A stretch of DNA of 64,000 nucleotides from a virus. The notes beneath the pieces were generated by a model. The model made no database searches and was not told where the DNA came from. It worked only from the letters and a program-made list of their open reading frames with translations. Each line of letters opens with the position of its first letter. The first letter of the stretch is position 1. The position numbers were made by a program, and so were the translations under genes. This document shows positions 40,961 to 47,004 of the stretch, in pieces. The DNA is taken from the IMG/VR virus record IMGVR_UViG_3300027749_000044, one strand, 5' to 3'.

Positions 40961-41277
40961 TCAATGGTTGTAAACTAAACTATTAAAAGCTGGGCAACAC
41001 GGGAGTGCGAATCTCCCCGCCTCCACCAAAGGTACACAGCCGCAACAGGTCTTGATGGGGCTATAAGCCAAAGTAGAGTGAAAGCCTCTACCTGTGTATC
41101 TTTGTTGGGGGCGAATAGAATCGACTGACAGTTAGTAGATAGAATAGCAACTCGGGTAGTTCCGTTAATGACTAAAAACTGTAAATGTCGCAGCTAATGA
41201 CAACACTGTGGAATTTGCTCTAGCAGCATAATCTACACGGGCTTTGCAAGTTGAGCCTCGGAACAGAATCAACTTGC
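40961..41277 (+). ncRNA. ssrA: Circularly permuted two-piece tmRNA
   Basis: Acceptor piece ends CGCCTCC-A-CCA (41018-41028); coding piece starts GGGGGCG (41107) giving G3:U70; tag ORF 41190-41231 AANDNTVEFALAA*; 3' pseudoknot; ACTAAATA upstream; 5' end approximate. Confidence 0.9.
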
Positions 41278-41694
41278 TTTTTTTCTTGCCCAATATTCTA
41301 GTTTTTTCTGTCGAATTTTTTCTTTTGTTTCGTCAGAATGTGGGCATTTTAATCCTCTATTCCAACACCAGTGATGTGGTATTCCTTTTTTTGATTCAGA
41401 AACTTTTTTCTTTGTTTCTTCTGACCGGACAATACCCTGTTGACCTTCGCCGCCGTCTGTTCTATTTCTAAGAACTCCAGTTTCAATATCTTTACGTCCA
41501 TACCACCGAATGTAGAATCGTTCAAGTGCAAAAGCACCCAATTCACTGAGATTGGATTCCATTATTACAATACGATGTTTGGGAGGTATACCAACAGAAT
41601 GTCTTTTGTCATATGCTCTTTTACCGGTTCCTTTACCAATGTAATAAGGTGTGCCATCTTCCCTTAGATAGGCATAGACGTAATAAATAAACAT
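41269..41694 (-). mobile_element. GIY-YIG homing endonuclease with NUMOD3-like repeats
   Basis: MFIYYVYAY..PYYIGKG..R..E..LRNRTDGGEG..RSEETKKK..HSDETKEK; stop lies inside the tmRNA 3' stem. Confidence 0.88.
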
Positions 41695-41761
41695 GTGCTG
41701 GGCTCCTTGTATGAGGACTAGAGTAGGTGGGACCGCTATCCGTGACCTACACATATTTATA
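41692..41761 (-). promoter_or_regulatory. Late promoter plus structured leader of the endonuclease (copy 1)
   Basis: TATAAATA; gtaggt/acctac stem; tcct/agga hairpin over the AAGGAG RBS. Confidence 0.7.
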
Positions 41762-41786
41762 CTAAATAAGGATACAGGACGAACAT

Positions 41787-41856
41787 AACGCACCTATGGC
41801 ACTAGCGGCGTAAGCCGTGCCGGGGTTCGGGGAGTACCTTGCAACAGAAACTCCCC
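41787..41856 (+). ncRNA. Second tmRNA tag-plus-pseudoknot module
   Basis: aac gca cct atg gca cta gcg gcg taa (NAPMALAA*), then cggggt/accttg and ggggagt/actcccc stems with AACAGAA linker. Confidence 0.75.
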
Positions 41857-41906
41857 ACTTTCACTAAATAGTTTATCCAACCACAGGTAACAAACAGGAG
41901 GCAGAC

Positions 41907-42068
41907 ATGGTCTATCTTTTATTGTTCGTTATTATTATAGGTGGGATATTATATTTTTTTCATGCATTAGAAGCGATCAGAGTGAAAGACGAATTGCTCA
42001 CTGCAAACGCAAAATTGAAGCTAGCCGAAGAAAAAATCGTCAAATTAATGGCGAAACATAGACACTAA
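41907..42068 (+). CDS. Small membrane-anchored coiled-coil protein (not in ORF track)
   Basis: AGGAGG RBS; MVYLLLFVIIIGGILYFF.. Confidence 0.6.
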   Translation: MVYLLLFVIIIGGILYFFHALEAIRVKDELLTANAKLKLAEEKIVKLMAKHRH

Positions 42069-42217
42069 GGCTTGACAACGTACATACTAAGTATTACAAT
42101 GAAGTCCAGGTTATAAATCTGGCTTGGATTTCATTTTTTCTAAACGACTGCTATACTCCGTGACATAGACATGTGTCTTAACCCTTTATTAAGGAGTATC
42201 AAAACAAAGGGAGAAAG

Positions 42218-42778
42218 ATGACCGATTTACCTAAGCGAAATCGCTTGGCCATTGGGTTTCTATTCGGATTAACTATTGGTATGACAGCCATTACCGGTGG
42301 AGCCCTTCTACTAAAACCTAAACCATTGGTTATGGTAGTACCACAGACTAAAGTAATTGAGCAGAAAGTAATCGTGAAAGTTCCAGTAAAATTAACCACG
42401 GAAGATAAAAAACAAATCGATTGTCTCGCCACGAATATCACATATGAGGCGGACAATCAACCAACAGAAGGCAAAATTGCCGTGGCTCATGTGGTAATGA
42501 ATAGGACAAAAGATCCTAGATTTGCCGACAATGCATGTTCTGTTGTGAAACAAAAGATAGGTGGAATTTATCAATTTTCTTGGATGCGCGAATCGTCCAA
42601 AAGACATAAATTCCATTGTAAGATAGAAAAAAATAGGAAAATTGCCGAACAAGTTTACATTGGCAATATCCAAGATAACACAGGCGGCGCCAAATTTTAC
42701 CATGCTACATGGTGTCATCCTCACTGGAGATTAGCGAAAACAGTAACTATTGGACAACATATTTTTTATACGGGATAA
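42218..42778 (+). CDS. SleB/Hydrolase_2-family cell wall hydrolase with N-terminal TM helix
   Basis: CLA.NI.YEA..GKIAVAHVVMNR..QFSW..GAKFYHA..IGQHIFY. Confidence 0.88.
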   Translation: MTDLPKRNRLAIGFLFGLTIGMTAITGGALLLKPKPLVMVVPQTKVIEQKVIVKVPVKLTTEDKKQIDCLATNITYEADNQPTEGKIAVAHVVMNRTKDPRFADNACSVVKQKIGGIYQFSWMRESSKRHKFHCKIEKNRKIAEQVYIGNIQDNTGGAKFYHATWCHPHWRLAKTVTIGQHIFYTG

Positions 42779-42783
42779 TTATA

Positions 42784-43017
42784 ATGGAAATAAAGATCAA
42801 GTCGGCTGATACATTCTATGACGACATTGAGGACTTGGTTTGGCAGCATGACATCAATTATATTGATGCTGTTGTACTATACTGTGAAATTAACAATCTG
42901 GAAATCGAAAGTGTAGTATCTCTCGTCCGAAAAAATGAAAATCTAAAATCAAAAATTTCATTGGATGCAGAAGTACTACACTTTCTTCCTAAGGTTCAAC
43001 GTCTACCAATTGAATGA
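42784..43017 (+). CDS. 33: Late transcription coactivator
   Basis: F..IE.LV..INYIDAV..YCE.N.LE.E..LK.KI..A..LHFLP; 33-59-32 synteny. Confidence 0.85.
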   Translation: MEIKIKSADTFYDDIEDLVWQHDINYIDAVVLYCEINNLEIESVVSLVRKNENLKSKISLDAEVLHFLPKVQRLPIE

Positions 43018-43607
43018 CCCCCTATGAATCTTATGTAATGTATCTTGCGCTCAAACGGCATTTTACGTCGGAATCTTATGATTTTATCAAATATAATGGA
43101 AAAATTCCTGTCTCGCCTGCCGCATTTGACGCAAGAAAAGACAAATATCAATTTCAAAAGCTTTCTAAAAAAGAAGACGTCAAAAACTTTCTTGTCGCGA
43201 ATTTTGTGGAGACTGGTCCTAATATTTGGGTTGGAGACCTTGTATCTAATAGCCGAAGTGATCATATATATAATGTATGGTTGGGCAGACAGCAATCTTT
43301 GACCAGAACATTTAAAACCGATCTTGAAAAATTGAAATCCAATTTTGATGAAAATTTCAAACCAACGGAAACTTCAAGTCATCCTTATTTGTTAAAATTG
43401 TTTTTGTCCAAATCTATTTCGATTGAAACACTGATTATTTTGAATGAACTGGTTGCCTTTTTCCCTGCATGGTGTAAGATACTAAAAGATGATCCGATAT
43501 GGGCAAATGTATATTTACTATGTAACAAATATAAACCGTTCATTAAATTTGATAAACAAAAATTTAAAGAATTGGCCATAAAAACAATTAATGATAATAA
43601 GGAATAA
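43014..43607 (+). CDS. 59: Helicase loader
   Basis: Y..YLALK.HF..YDFIKYNGK..F..RKDKYQF.KL..ISIETL. Confidence 0.9.
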   Translation: MTPYESYVMYLALKRHFTSESYDFIKYNGKIPVSPAAFDARKDKYQFQKLSKKEDVKNFLVANFVETGPNIWVGDLVSNSRSDHIYNVWLGRQQSLTRTFKTDLEKLKSNFDENFKPTETSSHPYLLKLFLSKSISIETLIILNELVAFFPAWCKILKDDPIWANVYLLCNKYKPFIKFDKQKFKELAIKTINDNKE

Positions 43608-43609
43608 TA

Positions 43610-44194
43610 ATGGTAAAATTGAATATTATCCCACCTGGTGGTTCCGCTCTTCCTTCGCATTTAGGTGGGCATGAAAATGAAACACACCTAGACGAAGGTG
43701 CTCTAAATTATATTATCGAAAAATTTGGCATCAAGTCAATGATCGATGTAGGATGTGGACCTGCCGGAATGGTAGAATTGGCAAGGTCAAAAGGCTTGGA
43801 AGTCTTGGGCGTCGATGGAGACTTTATTGTCGATCGGGCCGTGTCAGACATTGTAATCCATGATTATCAGGTGGCTCCATATAAACCAGAAAAGAATTAT
43901 GACCTTGCTTGGTCCGTTGAATTTGTTGAGCACATCGAAGCCAGATACATTCAAAATTTCGTTACAACTTTTCAGTCATGTAAATATGTCATTATGACAC
44001 ATGCGCTTCCTGGTCAACCTGGACATCATCATGTGAATTGTCAGCCTATTGAATATTGGGTAGCGGTCATGCAGGCATTTGGATTCGAAGTTGATGTAGA
44101 ATCGACAAATGAAATCCGAGAAGCCTCAACAATGAAAGAACGTTATATCCGACAACAGTCATTGTTCTTGAAGAATGTAAATTATACAGAATAA
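43610..44194 (+). CDS. Class I SAM-dependent methyltransferase
   Basis: IDVGCGPAG, GVDGD, YDLAWSVEFVEH, HHHVNCQ..YW. Confidence 0.8.
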   Translation: MVKLNIIPPGGSALPSHLGGHENETHLDEGALNYIIEKFGIKSMIDVGCGPAGMVELARSKGLEVLGVDGDFIVDRAVSDIVIHDYQVAPYKPEKNYDLAWSVEFVEHIEARYIQNFVTTFQSCKYVIMTHALPGQPGHHHVNCQPIEYWVAVMQAFGFEVDVESTNEIREASTMKERYIRQQSLFLKNVNYTE

Positions 44195-44237
44195 TTCGAC
44201 TAAATAAAACAGTCAACATAACATAAGGATAGTGACT

Positions 44238-44465
44238 ATGAAACTCTTTAAAACTTTGGCTTTGGTTGCTGGACTATTTACTGCCACCTTTGCAATGAAT
44301 GCTACTACAGTTAATGCCGCTACTGTTTATAATTATAACAATGGCCTGTATTACGGTAATATTTGTCAAACGCCTGCCGGATGGCAAGTCGTTCCATGGC
44401 AACTCGTCGGTGGATCGTGTTGGTCGCCTGCTTGGGGCATGTGGGGATATATCGCAAACTATTAA
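44238..44465 (+). CDS. Small secreted protein
   Basis: Signal peptide ending VNA; two Cys. Confidence 0.6.
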   Translation: MKLFKTLALVAGLFTATFAMNATTVNAATVYNYNNGLYYGNICQTPAGWQVVPWQLVGGSCWSPAWGMWGYIANY

Positions 44466-44474
44466 CTTGATTTT

Positions 44475-44563
44475 TTAAATGATGGTATAAATAAACATGC
44501 TGATGCTCCTTGCTAGCTATTAGAGTGACTGGGCACCCAACCGCGAGTCACATTATATTTATA
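44475..44563 (-). pseudogene. Endonuclease remnant: late promoter, structured leader (copy 2) and MFIYTII* stub
   Basis: Same layout as 41692-41761 with compensatory changes; same atgtttatttat start. Confidence 0.7.
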
Positions 44564-44656
44564 GTCCTGTAGTTTAGTGGTAAAACACCTGGCTTATACC
44601 CAGCATCGTCTCCAGATTAGAGAGCGTCGTTGGTTCGAATCCAACCGGGACTACCA
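44563..44656 (+). tRNA. tRNA-Ile (UAU) with long variable arm
   Basis: ctgg-cttatac-ccag, TTCGAAT, A73, CCA; about 25-nt extra arm. Confidence 0.8.
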
Positions 44657-44671
44657 ACATACCAAATATTA

Positions 44672-44746
44672 GGCCCTGTAGCTCAATGTTAGAGCAAACA
44701 ATTCTAAACTGTTAGGTTGTGGGTTCAAGTCCCACCGGGGTCGCCA
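44672..44746 (+). tRNA. Amber suppressor tRNA (CUA)
   Basis: aacaa-ttCTAaa-ctgtt arm (A31-C39 mismatch), normal D and T arms, G73, CCA. Confidence 0.78.
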
Positions 44747-44768
44747 ATACTATATAATGGAGAATCAC

Positions 44769-44921
44769 ATGGAACACCCAGAAAATATTTTAGAGCCGAA
44801 TGAATTGACAGAAGAAGATTTTACCGTTGTTGATGACTGGACAAAACAATATCTTCTTATGGCATATAATGCTATTCTAGAACAAGATTTAACCCAATTT
44901 GAGGATGATTATAATGCATAG
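44769..44921 (+). CDS. Small acidic protein (not in ORF track), ends in TAG
   Basis: GGAG RBS; MEHPENILEP..EDDYNA, 50 aa. Confidence 0.6.
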   Translation: MEHPENILEPNELTEEDFTVVDDWTKQYLLMAYNAILEQDLTQFEDDYNA

Positions 44922-44952
44922 GTAGATTTATTATCAAACAGGACCTCCGTAA
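44914..44952 (+). promoter_or_regulatory. Candidate leader peptide MHR-[UAG]-IYYQTGPP-[UAA]
   Basis: GAGGA 8 nt upstream; in-frame amber; Pro-Pro-stop; alternative hairpins follow. Confidence 0.5.
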
Positions 44953-45022
44953 TATTCATTTGAGGTCACAATAGGTGACCACATACACCTCATTTAAATT
45001 ATTACAATTACGGAAAAACACA

Positions 45023-45724
45023 ATGAAAAATTTTAGAACTGCATTCGCCAAACTTGCCCATGAAAAGAAAAATACTGCATGGGACCACATTTGCCTTTGT
45101 GTACTGCGCGCCATGGTGGCCAAAAGTAACAAAGACAAATATGAAATTGCGACCGCCCAATTAATGCGGGCATTTAGTTTAAACCGACGGCTACACGAAT
45201 ACGATTACCAAGGCATTTATAATGCTCTGTTGTATCGACATTTTCATAAAATGACTGAGCCGCAATGGGAAATAATGAAAACAAAGAGTCTTTGGTTTCC
45301 ATACGATCAATTCGACACGTACGATGAATTTGTATTATATCGCGAATTGATGGAGAAAATCAAGGAGTCCGTATGTAATACGGGTACTTTTCCAGACAAG
45401 GAATACGCCTTTATTTTTGTCAGAAAGGATCTCAGTCCAGAACAAATCATTGTACAATCAAACCATGCATCCATTGAATTGGGGCATCGACTTGGTGAAA
45501 CTGGGTCTAGCATTAGTAATCTTCATATTGCTCTTATTGGTGTGGATAATCTATCTGCCCTTGAAGATGTTGGTGAATTGCTTAGAAAAAATAACTTTGA
45601 TTACACTTTCTTTTTAGAACCAGATCTAAACAATGAAATGACCGCGATTGCTTCTTATCCTATTAAAAATAGTCAAAAGAGGTTTCTTCGGAACTACGAT
45701 AAACTATCATTTGCCAACCTATAA
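45023..45724 (+). CDS. Two-domain protein with C-terminal Pth2-like peptidyl-tRNA hydrolase domain
   Basis: IFVRKDLS..VQSNHA..FLEPDLNNEMTAIA..L, recalled as Pth2-like; ATG 45023 or GTG 44975. Confidence 0.7.
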   Translation: MKNFRTAFAKLAHEKKNTAWDHICLCVLRAMVAKSNKDKYEIATAQLMRAFSLNRRLHEYDYQGIYNALLYRHFHKMTEPQWEIMKTKSLWFPYDQFDTYDEFVLYRELMEKIKESVCNTGTFPDKEYAFIFVRKDLSPEQIIVQSNHASIELGHRLGETGSSISNLHIALIGVDNLSALEDVGELLRKNNFDYTFFLEPDLNNEMTAIASYPIKNSQKRFLRNYDKLSFANL

Positions 45725-45746
45725 GGCTTGTGATATACTAAAGTTT

Positions 45747-45819
45747 AGGCAGCCTAGCATCTCGGATAAGATGCACCGTACATGTCGGAGAAACCAGGTT
45801 CGACTCCTGGGGCTTGCCT
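45747..45819 (+). ncRNA. tRNA-like element at the 5' end of the gene 32 transcript
   Basis: Closing stem, gcatct/agatgc arm, 3-bp anticodon-like arm, perfect ccagg-TTCGACT-cctgg; no CCA. Confidence 0.65.
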
Positions 45820-45890
45820 AAATACCATATATTATGAATACAGTGGATAAATCGCATATAGCAACATACAAACATACAAGGAAATAAAAC

Positions 45891-46823
45891 ATGGTAGATT
45901 TTGCCTCACTAAAAAAGAACCGTCAGTCATCACTAGAGAAGCTAACGGCAGAATTGAATAAAATGAGTTCGCCGGCGAATGGCGCCGATGATACTCGGTT
46001 TTGGCAACCTACAGCCGATAAGGCTGGTAACGGTTCAGCTACAATCCGATTCCTACCCGCTCCCGGATCAGAAGATGTCCCATTTGTTCGACTATTCGAC
46101 CATGCATTCAAGGGTCCAACAGGCAAGTGGTATATTGAAAAGTCATTGACAACTATTGGTCAAAACGATCCGGTCAGTGAATATAATAGTAAGCTCTGGA
46201 ATATGTCAGATGACGATAAGTCTCCTGAGCGCGAACAAGTACGCAGACAAAAGCGTCGCTTGTATTATGTTTCCAACATTTATGTCGTAAAAGATTCTGC
46301 TCATCCTGAAAATGAAGGCAAGGTCTTCCTATTCAAGTATGGCAAGAAGATTTTCGACAAGCTAAATGATCTAATGAATCCATCGTTCGAGGATGAAACT
46401 CCAGTAAATCCATACGATCTTTGGGAAGGCGCAAATTTCCGTCTCAAGATTCGTCAAGTTGATAATTATCGTAACTACGATAAGTCAGACTTCGCGGATG
46501 TGGCTCCTTTGTTGGATGACGACGAGGAACTAGAAAGAATTTGGAAGTCAGAACATTCACTTCAAGCATTTTTGCAACCAAGTGAATTTAAGCCTTATGC
46601 GGATCTCAAGAAGAGACTGCACGAAGTCCTTGCCTTAGAAGAAGAAGATGATCTACCTGCGCGTCGATCTTCAACAAAAGCCAAGAAAGTGGAGGTTGAT
46701 GACGAGGACGATATCCCTTTTGATGCAACTCCAAAGCGTAAGGCCCCAAAAAAGGCCGAAGCCGAGGAGACAGAAGAAGAAGATTTCATGGAATATTTTA
46801 AGAATTTAACAAAGGAAGATTAA
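45891..46823 (+). CDS. 32: Single-stranded DNA-binding protein
   Basis: DTRFW..GNGSA.IRFLPA, GKVFLFKYGKKIFDK, GANFRLK..NYDKS.F, acidic tail. Confidence 0.96.
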   Translation: MVDFASLKKNRQSSLEKLTAELNKMSSPANGADDTRFWQPTADKAGNGSATIRFLPAPGSEDVPFVRLFDHAFKGPTGKWYIEKSLTTIGQNDPVSEYNSKLWNMSDDDKSPEREQVRRQKRRLYYVSNIYVVKDSAHPENEGKVFLFKYGKKIFDKLNDLMNPSFEDETPVNPYDLWEGANFRLKIRQVDNYRNYDKSDFADVAPLLDDDEELERIWKSEHSLQAFLQPSEFKPYADLKKRLHEVLALEEEDDLPARRSSTKAKKVEVDDEDDIPFDATPKRKAPKKAEAEETEEEDFMEYFKNLTKED

Positions 46824-46824
46824 T

Positions 46825-47004
46825 ATGACTTCACATGTAGTACGTAATATTATGATTGCTGGTCTTTCGGTCGCCGCTCTATCTATTTCGGCATGTTCGA
46901 AAAAGAATAGTACGCCCGTTCCTGCTCCTGTAGAAAATACAGTTGTGGCTGACGACAATACAACGTCAGTTGATCATGCAACACCTGGGCATCAAATCCC
47001 ATAA
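46825..47004 (+). CDS. Small lipoprotein (not in ORF track)
   Basis: Lipobox ISAC then SKKNSTPVPAPV; 59 aa. Confidence 0.6.
   Translation: MTSHVVRNIMIAGLSVAALSISACSKKNSTPVPAPVENTVVADDNTTSVDHATPGHQIP

Noticed and set aside
41040-41095. Hammerhead ribozyme in the tmRNA intervening segment (ttgatgg..ggct-ata-agcc-aaa..)
   Set aside because: Core deviates from CUGANGA/GAAA and there is no correctly placed UH cleavage site.
41205-41786. Group I intron interrupting the tmRNA
   Set aside because: No recognisable P7 or catalytic core, the endonuclease is antisense, and the insert itself supplies a complete tag and 3' end.
44672-44746. Reading this tRNA as Arg(UCU)
   Set aside because: The UCU register destroys the anticodon stem, and a canonical Arg(UCU) exists at 60606-60682.
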